64,000 nucleotides of DNA from Octopus bimaculoides (lineage: Eukaryota): positions 28,526,055 to 28,590,054 of the forward strand of contig NC_069000.1 of the NCBI RefSeq assembly GCF_001194135.2, in the 5' to 3' direction. Below, piece by piece: positions 11,965-24,709 of the stretch. Under the pieces are notes generated by a model. The model was given only the letters and a program-made list of their open reading frames with translations. It was not told the DNA's origin and ran no database searches. The position numbers and the translations under genes were made by a program. Each line of letters opens with the position of its first letter. Position 1 is the stretch's first letter.

Positions 11965-13330
11965 TGGTCTGGTTTAATCCACCATTTAGTTTAAGTTTAG
12001 CAACCAGCTTAACTACAAAAAGTTTTCAAAGCTTGGGACAAGCATTTCTCTGCATTTAGTCCATACTAGAAGATATTCAAGATATTTAACAGACACTCTG
12101 TGAAGCTAGCCAACTCAACAACACCTAATGTTGCCCTGTATATAGCTAGAGTGGAGGCGCAATGGCCCAGTGGTTAGGGCAGCGGACTCATGGTCATAGG
12201 ATTGCAGTTTCGATTCCCAGACTGGGCGTTGTGAGTGTTTATAAAGCTCCACGGGGCCCTGGCAGGGGATGGTGGCGAACCCTGCTGTACTTTTTCACCA
12301 CAACTTTCTCTCACTCTTACTTCCTGTTTCTGTTGTACCTGTATTTCAAAGGGTCAGCCTTGTCGCACTATGTCACGCTGAATATCCCCGAGAACTCCGT
12401 TAAGGGTACAGGTGTCTGTGGAGTGCTCGGCCACTTGCACGTTAATTTCACAAGCAGGCTGTTCCGTTGATTGGGTCAACTGGAACCCTCGACGTCGTAA
12501 GCGACGGAGTGCCAACAACAAAATATAGCTAGAGTTGATAATAAAAAAACTAAACAGTCTATCCTCTATTTATATAACCCCCGGAATTAACAAATAATCA
12601 GGATAATAATCCACATCTTAGAACAATAGTAAACAGCAACCATCCAATCAAGTAAATGAACTCTGTAATTTTAGAAATAAAACCCTGTGGCCATTTGATG
12701 GATATTGCCTGAGTAAGAAAGTTGTTTACAAATGTTCCATAAGTGCACATGGAAATGTCTATACATCTATTGAGGCTATTATAACCATACCTGCAGTTAA
12801 AGAGATAAGAGTATGAAACTGCTTGTATTATATGTAAAGTCCAACTGTAGAAAGCTAGTAATGATATATGTAATTTGTGTATATCTAAGACTTATGAAAT
12901 AATTAAGTGTAAAATCTCATAAACCAACAAGTTGATATAATAATATTTTGTCCACACATGTACCCTATGTCCTTCCCACATGATGCTAAAAATTAATGTA
13001 CAAGCTTTAAGCTAATTGCACAATTAATATTTCTATTACTTGTCAACCTCTGTAAGCCTGCTCCCTCCAATTAGTATAACTTCTAATTTTCTAAGTTTTT
13101 GTATTTTTACCTTGCTTAGTTTATGTAATCCCAGTCTGCACTGGGTTGAATTTGACTGATATATCAACATTAGATAGTAATGATATGGTTAGTGTATATC
13201 TTTAATCTATGAACTAATTACCTGTAAATCTTTTCTCATAAATTAGTTATATGATGTCCAAAAATGCGCTGCTAGTCCTCCTCACATTGTACAAATAAAC
13301 AAACTATTAACATGAACTTGACTGTGCTAA
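11965..13330 (+). mobile_element. Decayed Penelope-like element (RT C-terminus/linker + GIY-YIG region) with nested SINE
   Basis: WFNPPFS (11970), DKHF, KIFNRHSVK, CNFRNKTLWPFDGYCLSKKVVYKC (about 12660), CNLCIS..YEII (about 12870); partial direct repeat 12860-13000 / 13170-13300 resembling a pseudo-LTR. Confidence 0.7.
12153..12522 (+). mobile_element. Full-length tRNA-derived SINE with 13-bp target-site duplication
   Basis: A box TGGCCCAGTGG and B-box-like GTTTCGATTCCC; TSD ATATAGCTAGAGT at 12140-12152 and 12523-12535; (CAA)n-like tail. Confidence 0.9.
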
Positions 13331-15269
13331 TAATACAACCAGTTAACTCTAAAACGTAGCCCACTTAGTTTACATCTAGATTTATGTTTCCTGTACTTTA
13401 TTTTATTTCATTATATCTGATTCCTCACTTTTAGCCTATTGTTTCCATTTATATATGTAACTTATCTATAATATAGTATTTCCTAACTGTTAGGATAGCT
13501 TGATAAGGTATGAATCATTGTGCACATGTGCGTGTGCGTGTGTGTGTGTGCGCGCGTGCAAATAATGAGTTAGGTTTGATTTGGTCACTTAAACAAAATG
13601 ATTAACTATTTATGAAATTACAATTCTGATATATTTTGTTTGAGAACTGGTATGTGTGAGTGCATATGTGAAGGTATATGTATGAATGTGTCTATGAATA
13701 TTTATATGAGGTGTGTGTGTGTGTGTGTATGATGATACCCTTATGAATAGTCTTGGAATGACATTCATGTCCTTCTGAATCGGGTATGTGCGAAATTCCA
13801 ACAGTTTAGGCCACTTTTCTATCCTGCTAAGTACTTCTACTTAAACAATTACATTGTCCTTCACAAAACTGGCCTTTTATCTACATATTTAAATCCATTT
13901 TTGTTTTTCTTTATTTTCTCCATACTTTTCATTCTATTTATTTGTATGCTAATTTATTCATTTATTTATTGTATTCTCTATTTTCTTATCTTATACTTTC
14001 TTTATTTCAATACAGGAATGGTCAACAGAACCTTTAGAAAATAAAATCTTATTCTTTCTAATTCTATCTTTCATTTTTTGATTTTGTTATATTTCTTTTC
14101 TGAATCTGTATTTATCTACAGTCATCGCTTCATTAATGCACTCCATATATAGTAATTATAGTATATGTAAAATCTGCTGAATACATTTATATAGTTTGTA
14201 ACTATATAATGAAACTATTTGTTACTTATAACAGAATCTGTTGTTAACCTACCATGAAATGTTTTGAAGTGTATTCTGTTTGTTATGTTGCAGCATAGTT
14301 ATACTTACTAGTGGGACCTGTGAATATTTATTAATGGCAAACCTATTGGGTTATTTCTGAAAACTTTATCCAAAAAACCTGAAAGTGTAGCCTGTTTTGT
14401 ATCTGTATAGAAAGATGGTCACACATCTGCTAATCATTGAAAAGTAAAAGAAATTGGAATATGATGATTACTTAATGCACTTTATATGTACACTCTATGC
14501 ACAATTTTATAGACTTAATATACAACACTCATAAAATAAATATTTACTATTATTTTTCCATTTTACCCATAAAGAAAAAAGAATTCTGTACATATGATAC
14601 AACCATTAGTTAAATTGCATAAATCTGCCTCATAAATAAGCTTGAATATTTCATGAAATTGCACTTATGTGCATGCGTTAAGTGATAGGTGATATAAAAA
14701 AAACTTAGTTTAATTACAAAAAAATACACTTTTTACTATCCAATCACCACCACCACCACCACTCTCTCTCTCTCTCTCTCTCTCTCTCACTTTACCTTTC
14801 TTTAACCTCACCATCAGAACATCACCCCTCTGCTAAAATTATATTTTTAACTCTCCTCCTCTACCTTCAACTAACTTTTTTAACCAGGTAATAAATATTA
14901 TGTTCCCCCTACTTCGCATCATGGACGTTTCTCTCTTCCTCTTTCTATCTCACTCTTCACCTTATCTGCTTTTTCTCTCCTTTTTCCTTCTCCTCTCTGT
15001 CCCTTCAACTAACCATGTGAAAGCGTTAGTTACATTCCCTCTACCTCATGTCATAGATGCTTCTCTCTCCTTCTTTTTCTCTAATCACGTAAAAGTGTTA
15101 CCAATGAGTTAAGTAATGCAATGACAAACAAAATTATTATAAGATGGGTGCAGATATACATTCATATTTATATTCGTTTATATATGTGTGTCGGATGATG
15201 TAGTGTCACTTGTGTAACTAACACAGATTATGAAACAGCTGTCAAATAATGGAATAAACATGGATTCTT

Positions 15270-15646
15270 TATGACAACAATGTACCCTGTCACCAAGTTT
15301 TCCTTACTTGTGAATTTCTCACCAAAAACAACATGACATCACTTCCGTACCTGCCCTATTTGCCAGGTTTAGCACCTGTGGATTTCCATATCTTCCCCAA
15401 GATGAAAATGCAGCTCAAAGGTCGCTGTTTTAACACTATTGTCAAGATCAAGAGTGAATTGCAGAAGGTCCTCAATCCGTTTATGGAAAACGACTTCCAG
15501 GCCAGATTCCAAAAGTGGCAAGAATGCTGGGACTGGTGTATTACTGTGCAAAGTGACTATTCCAAAGGAGATGATGTTAAAACTGAGGAAAATAAGTTAT
15601 TTTTTATTAAACATAACTAGTCCAGGAACTTTCTGATACCACCTCA
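15270..15646 (+). mobile_element. Mariner transposon 3' fragment (transposase C-terminus + right TIR)
   Basis: PYLPGLAPVDFHIFPKMKMQLKGRCF..FQKWQECWDWCI..DYSKGD matches the YSPDLAP.DF..F region; ends ggaactttctgataccacctca-TA. Confidence 0.85.
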
Positions 15647-16129
15647 TATATACATATAGANNNNNNNNNNNNNNNNNNNNNNNNNNNNNNNNNNNNNNNN
15701 NNNNNNNNNNNNNNNNNNNNNNNNNNNNNNNNNNNNNNNNNNNNNNNNNNNNNNNNNNNNNNNNNNNNNNNNNNNNNNNNNNNNNNNNNNNNNNNNNNNN
15801 NNNNNNNNNNNNNNNNNNNNNNNNNNNNNNNNNNNNNNNNNNNNNNNNNNNNNNNNNNNNNNNNNNNNNNNNNNNNNNNNNNNNNNNNNNNNNNNNNNNN
15901 NNNNNNNNNNNNNNNNNNNNNNNNNNNNNNNNNNNNNNNNNNNNNNNNNNNNNNNNNNNNNNNNNNNNNNNNNNNNNNNNNNNNNNNNNNNNNNNNNNNN
16001 NNNNNNNNNNNNNNNNNNNNNNNNNNNNNNNNNNNNNNNNNNNNNNNNNNNNNNNNNNNNNNNNNNNNNNNNNNNNNNNNNNNNNNNNNNTATATATATA
16101 TATATATATATATGGTGTCACATAAAAAA

Positions 16130-16282
16130 CACCCAGTACACTCTGTACAGTGGTTAGCATTAGGAAGGGCATCCAAATGTATAAACCATGTCAAAAATAG
16201 GTAATGGAGCCTAGTACAGCTCCTATCAAACCATCCAACCCATGTCAGTATGGAAAACAGATGTTAAATGATGATGATGATA
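16130..16282 (+). mobile_element. RTE-type LINE 3' end
   Basis: cacccagtacactctgt..gttagcattaggaagggcatcc..catgtcagtatggaaaacagatgttaaatgatgatgatgat. Confidence 0.7.
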
Positions 16283-16589
16283 CACGTGTATACACACACA
16301 CAAGTGTGTAAGTGTATCATTTTTCTGAGCTAGTATAGGTTACATGAGCGTATATTATTGAAGCATTGTTTTTTACAGTTGGCTGCTCATCTTGTCACTA
16401 ACCTATACCTGCTTTCCAATTCCATATGTGATCAAAATCATGGACCTAGTGGATGATTTATCGAGAGGGAAAAAATTGACGACAATGCCACTTTTTATAG
16501 CTCAGTAGTTTTCACAGAGGATGAAATGTAAAAAACACGCATACATATATAAACATATATGAATAAGTGAATGTGTGCATGCATCATTT

Positions 16590-16940
16590 ATCTTTTACTT
16601 GTTTCGGTCATTAGACTGCAGCCATACTGGAGCACTACCTTGAATATTTTTTACTTCAGATTTTAGTTTTTTTAAACCTGGTACTTATTCTATCTCTCTG
16701 TTTTACTGAACTGCTAAATTTCTGGGATATAAACACACTAACACCAGTTGTCAAGTGTGGTGGGGAACAAACATAGATACACATGATGGTCTTCTTTCAG
16801 TTTCTATCTACCAAATCTACTCACAAGCCTTTAGTCAGCGCAAGGCTATAGTCGAAGACACTTGCCCAAGGTGCCACGCAGTGGGACTGAACCAGGAACC
16901 ATGTGGTTGGAAAGCAAGCCTCTTACTTCACATCCAGACC
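16590..16940 (-). mobile_element. tRNA-headed SINE, second family
   Basis: Reverse complement of gtggctgtgtggtaagaagcttg..gggttcagtcccactgcgtggcaccttgggcaagtgtcttc..gaaactgaaagaagcc..; further copies at about 20350-20745(+), 27540-27880(-), 30700-31090(+), 50190-50500(+), 50660-51020(+), 54070-54400(-), 55540-55980(+), 60150-60320(-), 63410-63640(-). Confidence 0.8.
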
Positions 16941-18429
16941 TGCACTTATATATATGCACATTTAATATATATACATTTAAATGTTAAATTAAGATTAATA
17001 ATTTAAAACCAGTTAAAGAATTAGAGCACAGCATTTACTGCTGGGGGTGACTCAGTACTGTGGGTAGAGTAAAATTTATAGTAAAATTTGAGTTGATTTC
17101 AAATTTTTCCTATCAGCATATCCAACTAGTTTGGTGGAATAAGCCAATTGTATAACACACACACTGTATGTATGTATGTATGCACGCACACTCATAAATA
17201 AGTAACTTACAGACACACAAGGCCAGCAATACAACTACCAACAATCAACCAATGGGCAAGCTAGCCTCTAGCTAAGCACCCCACTTCCCAATATTCTAAT
17301 ATAAAATTTCTAGATTAATCTGCAAGGCAAACTACATTAATATATATATATATATATATATATANNNNNNNNNNNNNNNNNNNNNNNNNNNNNNNNNNNN
17401 NNNNNNNNNNNNNNNNNNNNNNNNNNNNNNNNNNNNNNNNNNNNNNNNNNNNNNNNNNNNNNNNNNNNNNNNNNNNNNNNNNNNNNNNNNNNNNNNNNNN
17501 NNNNNNNNNNNNNNNNNNNNNNNNNNNNNNNNNNNNNNNNNNNNNNNNNNNNNNNNNNNNNNNNNNNNNNNNNNNNNNNNNNNNNNNNNNNNNNNNNNNN
17601 NNNNNNNNNNNNNNNNNNNNNNNNNNNNNNNNNNNNNNNNNNNNNNNNNNNNNNNNTTTCCTTGGAGCTTTACATTATTCTTTGAATGGGTTTCCCTTCC
17701 TCACATATGCACATAAATCTCTATCATTACTCTCTCACTTGCAGGCACAAACTCACCCCCCCCCTCCACCACCACCACTGCAATCACCAACAGACTCTTC
17801 ACCGCTACCACCTTCAACATCATTAACTTTCTCATTATTATCTATCTCTATAGCTCTAAAGTTAAGAAGTTCCTTTCACAAGCCATAATACAACAAGGTT
17901 CACTCCCACGGCACAATCCCATATTGTCCTAGGCAATACAAGAGTTGAATTTGGTAGATGGAAACTGTGCAGTCTTTTTTTATCATCCAGTATCGTTCCC
18001 TATCTATTATCTTGACTTTGTTCTACAAGGATTAATAACTTCCATTTCCCTACTTGATTTTTTCAGTTATAGTACAGAACGATTGAGAAGATCTGTGGCC
18101 TATCAGGACAATGTTCAAAAGCTGATCTACTTTTTAGAGATGAAATCTCAATGAGAGGAGACCATGACCAACAACTGTGGGTATGTCATCTTATGCAGTT
18201 GTGACAGATGAGACTAGCCGTTGTCTAAAAGTAAGGCTACAGGAATATCGCCTGTTAGAAATAACAGCCAATTCAGAATAAACTGAATGCTAAAGGGTTA
18301 AAAAGGAAATATACATATTGCATCTGGAACTACACTATATTGTGTCTGAAAGATGGTTGACCATAGCTTATATGTAGTTATATGACCTGCTAGAAATTGC
18401 AACCAAATTTCCCTAAAATCCAAAATAAC

Positions 18430-18750
18430 TAGCATTCCATTGGCTATGATGATGAGGGTTCCAGTTGCTCTGATCAATGGAACAGCCTGCTCGTGAAATT
18501 AACGTACAAGTGGCTGAGCACTCCACAGACATGTGTACTCTTAACATACTTCTCATGGAGATTCAACATCACACAAAATGTGACAAGGCTGGCCCTTTGA
18601 AATACAGGTACAACTCATTTTGCCAGCTGAGTGGATGGGAGCAACATGGAATAAAGTGTCTTGCTCAAGGACACAACACACCTCTGGGAATTGAACTTAA
18701 AACCATATGATCATGAGCCAAATACCCTAACCACTAAGCCATGTGCCTTC
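18430..18750 (-). mobile_element. tRNA-derived SINE (family of 12153-12522)
   Basis: Reverse complement of aagggtac..gtctgtggagtgctc.gccacttg.acgttaatttcac.agcaggctgttcc; further copies at about 58970-59225(-) and 62400-62610(-). Confidence 0.8.
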
Positions 18751-19236
18751 ACTCCCTAAAGTTCACAGCCAATAAAGAAGCTGTTATATGATTACACAGC
18801 CAGCTAAAAGTAGCAGCCAAACTCTCTCAAATCACACCTTGAACAAGGACAGGAAAGACACACTGAACAATGTCCTGCATAGTCATAGCTGGAATGAATT
18901 TGGTCATTGGTTTACCCAGTTATGACCGATTTCAACAAAATACCACCACTGCTGCCACCGCCAATACTGCCACCACCACTACTATCACCACCATCACATC
19001 ACTACTGCTGCTACCACCACCACTACTGTTGCTGCTATAACACCATACTGTGTCACATGCATAACCACAACCTTATCAATCACACCACTTTTAACTAATC
19101 ATACCAAACCATACTACTGTTCAAGTTGCTTCACAGCTGAGATATTTCACAGTGCTAAGGCATAGATTTACAAATCAAAAAAACAAAAAATAACTATAAA
19201 TGTAAACAAACTAATGTTTGTTTTAGAAATGTATTG

Positions 19237-19381
19237 TAAGATACAGATAAGGTAATAATTGATTTTGAAACGCAAAAACACTGATAGAACAGTAGAAACA
19301 GGATGGATATTTTATCCTGTCTCTACTGTTCTATCAGTGTTTCTGCATTTGAAAATCAATTATTACCTTATCTGTATCTTA
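19237..19381. repeat. 145-bp near-perfect palindrome (hairpin MITE-like)
   Basis: TAAGATACAGATAAGGTAATAATTGATTTT..CACTGATAGAACAGTAGA-ACAGGAT / ATCCTGT-TCTACTGTTCTATCAGTG..AAAATCAATTATTACCTTATCTGTATCTTA. Confidence 0.9.
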
Positions 19382-19583
19382 AAAAATAACTATATATAAA
19401 CACTGAAACAAGAACAAGAAGGAAGAAACTACAGGGATGAGGATGAAAGGTTGGGGAGAACATAAACACAAACATACACTCACACAATATGTGTAATAAA
19501 TATGCTCGCACATACAACAGCTACACTGGTAAAGTTATTTCTATGCAGCGTTTACCAACAGCTAATTTGTGTGCTTGTGCATT

Positions 19584-19618
<35 letters not shown>

Positions 19619-19975
19619 ATGTACTTGTGGTGATGGTGAAGATAGGGTGAGTTTACTTTTTATAGATATTTATGCAGATATACGATTGTGTGCATAAATA
19701 TCTGTAAAAAGTAAATTCACCCTATCTTCACCATCACCACAAGTACATTCAAGTGTGTGCACATATATATGTATATTTGTATACACACACACACATACTG
19801 ATGCATATACATGCACACACATAAATGCATGAGTTTATGTGTATGTATGTGAGTTTTTGATGTTGATAGAAGCAATAGGAAGTAGTGGTGGTGAATGTAC
19901 ATGTTTCATGCAATAACAGTGCGTCTACACACATATATGCAAACACATTTTTATGAGTGTAAGTTAGGTGCATAT

Positions 19976-20016
<41 letters not shown>

Positions 20017-20506
20017 CACCAATACTTAATCAGTTAAAAGATCTCTTATATCAGTATAACCTAATCAGGGTTGTATGGTGTCAAGCAGCTAGCTCTTTAG
20101 TGTTCTGGAGCCAATTTCAAGACAACCTTTTCCTCACTGGCATTTAGTTTGGTTATATACAAAGTGTACCCAATGACCCTAGCTAGTCCAGATGGTTGAC
20201 ACCTCTAACTTGCAATATCAGTATTCAAGTACTAAAAATTTTGTTTTTTCTTTGCTTGCATATAAGGGCAAATATCAGCTAAAGAATGATTTGATAATAT
20301 TATTACTGAGGATATGGAAAAAAATGCAAAGACTCATTGAAATAAGTTCTTAACTGGTACAAGGCGCAGATATAAGTATGAAGTAAAATGATTCCAGGTT
20401 CGGTTCCACTGTGTGGCACATTGGGTAAATGTCTTCTACTATAGCCTCAGGCACACCAAAGTCTTGTAAGTGGATTTGGTACATGGAAAATGAAAGAAGT
20501 CTATTG

Positions 20507-20537
<31 letters not shown>

Positions 20538-21448
20538 TTGTCCCCTGCTACGGCTTGACAACCAGTGTTGGTGTGATTACATCCCTGTAACTTAGTTGTT
20601 CAACAAAAGGGACTAATAGAATAAGTACCAAGCTTAAAAAGAAAATAAGCACTGGGGTCTATTAGTTTGATTAAAATTTCTCATGGTGGTGCTTCAGGAT
20701 GGCCGCAGTCTAATGACTGAAACAAGTAAAAGATAAAAGATAAAAGGCCGTGAATTTATAGGGAAAGATAACTGCAGTTGCTCAAATTCCCTCCCCACAT
20801 ACTTAGTATATCACTGGTATTTGTGATTTTAAGAGTACTCAGGCATAGATTAGAACTAACTTTGCAGAAATATGATTAAAGCTATAACAGACAACAATCA
20901 TCTTATCTTTGTTTTCAGAAGTATCTAACACTATATCATTCAACCATGGTAGTGGTTGAATATATTCTTAAGTCCTTCATTTTGTCAATTGCAGCAGCTT
21001 CCAAGCTTCACCACTAATTCAGTTCACAACTAAATTGCAAACTGTTAATTGTTTTAAAGAGGACACCTACTCAGCTATACTTTGGCATAAATAGTTTGAG
21101 ATTTGGTTCAGTAGAAAAAAAGTTACATCAAAATATCTGTGACCTCAAGGGGGGTAGTAAGGCAGATATTCATCTTCAATTAACATAAATTTAAAAATTT
21201 TAAATTAAAAGTATACTTTCCTTATGCTTAAATTATAGAAAAATGCATGAGAAATTCAGAATTGCTAGTTGCATTGAATAAAAATGAGTAGAAAAAGAGT
21301 TATGAAGTAAAATGTTCTGAAATTTAATGTCATTAAGTAAGGGAATAATGCTTAAGCAATAAGAATAAAGAATATATTTCTAAAATGAATGTTTACATTC
21401 TAAGTCGGCAAGCTGGCAGAAAGATTAGTGCACTAGGCAAAATGCTTA

Positions 21449-21836
21449 ACAGTATTTCGTCTGTCTTTACATTTTGAGTTCAAATTTTGCTGAGGTTGAC
21501 TTTGACGTATAGATTATTTAATTAATTTTTTTAAACTAAATACTTTCAAACTTCTGATGCTGGTACAATGAGTCACATAGAACAGGGTTTAGTCGTAACG
21601 TTTTTGACAAAATTTTGTATTTTAGAAGCAGTATTTCGTCCGTCCTTATGTTCTGAATTCAAATTCCGCCGAGGTCAACTTTGACTTTCATCCATTTTGG
21701 ATCTATTCAATTAGATGTACAGATTATTTAATTAATTTTTTTAAACTAAACACTTTCAAACTTCTGATACTGGTAGAATGCCACATAGAACAGGGTTTAC
21801 TCTCAACGTTTTTGACAAAATTTTGTATTTTAGAAG
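21449..21836 (+). repeat. Imperfect tandem duplication (SINE fragment + about 120-bp unique block, two copies)
   Basis: agattatttaattaatttttttaaactaaa.actttcaaacttctgat.ctggta.aatg..cacatagaacagggttta..aacgtttttgacaaaattttgtattttagaag at about 21510-21627 and 21720-21836. Confidence 0.85.
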
Positions 21837-21839
21837 TTA

Positions 21840-23029
21840 CTAGCAGTATAGCCCGGCTTTGCCCGGGATTAAGTTGGGATTATTAAGCTAATCAAGTTCT
21901 TTATTTCAAACCAAACTAAGTAACATGACGTCAAATTTGGGCAGAATCAGTGTTGCAACTGGAGCGCATGGGTTGAGAGTTTGATCGGCAGAGGTGATCA
22001 GGTTACACATGCCATCCCTTTGAAAACACCACCGCCATCATCTAACCCCTCTTTGCTCATGGGTTAGGAACCCGGAGAACATTATTTTTCTTTGTGGTTG
22101 AGTCGTTGATGACCTCTTTCTAGCATATTGGATGTCCACCTAGTGGTCATCCCTTATACACGTGTAATANNNNNNNNNNNNNNNNNNNNNNNNNNNNNNN
22201 NNNNNNNNNNNNNNNNNNNNNNNNNNNNNNNNNNNNNNNNNNNNNNNNNNNNNNNNNNNNNNNNNNNNNNNNNNNNNNNNNNNNNNNNNNNNNNNNNNNN
22301 NNNNNNNNNNNNNNNNNNNNNNNNNNNNNNNNNNNNNNNNNNNNNNNNNNNNNNNNNNNNNNNNNNNNNNNNNNNNNNNNNNNNNNNNNNNNNNNNNNNN
22401 NNNNNNNNNNNNNNNNNNNNNNNNNNNNNNNNNNNNNNNNNNNNNNNNNNNNNNNNNNNNNNNNNNNNNNNNNNNNNNNNNNNNNNNNNNNNNNNNNNNN
22501 NNNNNNNNNNNNNNNNNNNNNNNNNNNNNNNNNNNNNNNNNNNNNNNNNNNNNNNNNNNNNNNNNNNNNNNNNNNNNNNNNNNNNNNNNNNNNNNNNNNN
22601 NNNNNNNNNNNNNNNNNNNNNNNNNNNNNNNNNNNNNNNNNNNNNNNNNNNNNNNNNNNNNNNNNNNNNNNNNNNNNNNNNNNNNNNNNNNNNNNNNNNN
22701 NNNNNNNNNNNNNNNNNNNNNNNNNNNNNNNNNNNNNNNNNNNNNNNNNNNNNNNNNNNNNNNNNNNNNNNNNNNNNNNNNNNNNNNNNNNNNNNNNNNN
22801 NNNNNNNNNNNNNNNNNNNNNNNNNNNNNNNNNNNNNNNNNNNNNNNNNNNNNNNNNNNNNNNNNNNNNNNNNNNNNNNNNNNNNNNNNNNNNNNNNNAA
22901 AGATAGCGTCTATTTCTTTTTGGCAACATGTGTTTTGTGTGTAATGTTGCTGTGTGTGTGTGTGAGAAAGAAAGAAAGAAAGAAAGAGAGATAACTGGCA
23001 TGTGTATGTAAGGGAGGGAGAGATAGAGA

Positions 23030-23066
<37 letters not shown>

Positions 23067-23407
23067 TTTTTTTCTGTTTGATTGCTGCTTACCACACAGA
23101 CGCTGGCAAAGAAATGTATCTCCTTCACCCTCCCTCTCACAAACATACAATTTCTTTCTCTCTCTCTCTACTTCAGTGCATACGCACAGATTTGACTTCG
23201 CCATGTCAACAAACTTCAAAATTGGTAAAAGTTTATCGATTTTTACAGGTATACGCGGGTACCTCTGAGAGAGAAAGTTCACTAAAATGCACATAGGGTC
23301 ATTCCGAATCTTCTCCTAAAATTGGAGTGACATGCGTGCTAATTTGTGGACGTGCATAAACCACATTCACGTACACACACAAACATCTTCTATTTTATAG
23401 ATATTGA
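21840..23407 (-). mobile_element. Non-autonomous Helitron (contains an assembly gap)
   Basis: Minus strand starts A|TCAATATCTATAAAATAGAAGATG and ends CCCGGGCAAAGCCGGG hairpin + CTAG|T; inserted at an AT dinucleotide. Confidence 0.8.
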
Positions 23408-24224
23408 TTTCATCAGAAGTTACAGAGTCACAATGGACAAATTCATGTTTGATAAGTGTCAATACACGAAACTCTCAGCTTTTGATTTACTCTCTAACTT
23501 CTGATGATGATATATATACACACATATATGTGTAAAAAAATCTCATCATGCAATTGAACCAATGAAAGAGCCTCTACCTGGTCGCTCGACATGCTAAAAA
23601 TAACAGCCAAAGTATTCCCCTACCTAAATCACACGCCTATTGTATGTAATGTCCTAGATTATCCCTAAAAAGACGGTTTGCTGAAGGCTGGAATGTCTTT
23701 GATAATAGGTTTGCCGTATCAGGATTGATTTGAGGCTAAATAACAACAAAATTATGGTAAATTTCTATATTAACACCCGCACGATTTTCACTAAGGAAAA
23801 AAAAAAAAAAAATTGATTTTTTGCATGGGATCAAGTACCCTGACCTCCACCAATCCTGGAATCATTGGAAATTTTTTTTTTCGTTGAATGACTTCCTGTG
23901 ACCTCCCAATATTGCAATATTAGGTTACTGAAGGTGCGCCTGGTAACTGATGGTTTTGGGGTCTTGTTTGTAACTTTTGGTGAGCCTTGGTGTAACCAAC
24001 AACATGGCAAAAATCCCTGCCATTAATTTGGCAAGGATGGGTAATATCAAATAATTCAATCACAACATATATTTAAATTAAACATGAAAAAAATTGAAAT
24101 ATTATCATCACTTACATGGAAAAATTGAAATATTATCTTTCAGTATTTTATAAGGTAAAATCTTAAATTATTGGCACATTATTAATTATCTTATAACAGC
24201 AACACCTGAAAAAGTCATGGATTA

Positions 24225-24709
24225 CATGGAAAAATGCGAGCATGAAAAGTAATATTCTTAAGATTATAAACCTGGAAAAGTACAGGACAAGTTATTACAC
24301 CTGTAAAAGTATAGGACAAGCTATTACTTCTAGTAAAGAATAAGAAACTTTTTACTTAAAATATTGCAGCTAAAATTAAAATTTGAATATTAAAACTTAT
24401 TTTATCATAGTTTACAAATAACACTATACTTATTTAAGTAGAATTTGGCTAATTTACTACCTTAAATACAGAAAAAAGTGACTAATTAGACAAACTTACA
24501 AATTAGCTGAACAGTTTTGTACAATAAATTTAGAAGATGAGAACTGTAAAGAGTGATAAATTAGAAGAACTGGCATTCTTTGCTGCAATATTTTAAGTAA
24601 AAAAGTTTCTTATTCTTTACTTTACTAGAAGTAATAGCTTGTCCTATACTTTTACAGGTGTAATAGCTTGTCCTGTAACTATTACTTTTCATGCTCGCAT
24701 TTTTCCATG
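24225..24709. mobile_element. MITE with long (about 140-150 bp) sub-repeated terminal inverted repeats, TA-flanked
   Basis: TA-CATGGAAAAATGCGAGCATGAAAAGTAAT ... ATTACTTTTCATGCTCGCATTTTTCCATG-TA; internal about 28-bp units aaaagta.aggacaag.tattac. Confidence 0.85.
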
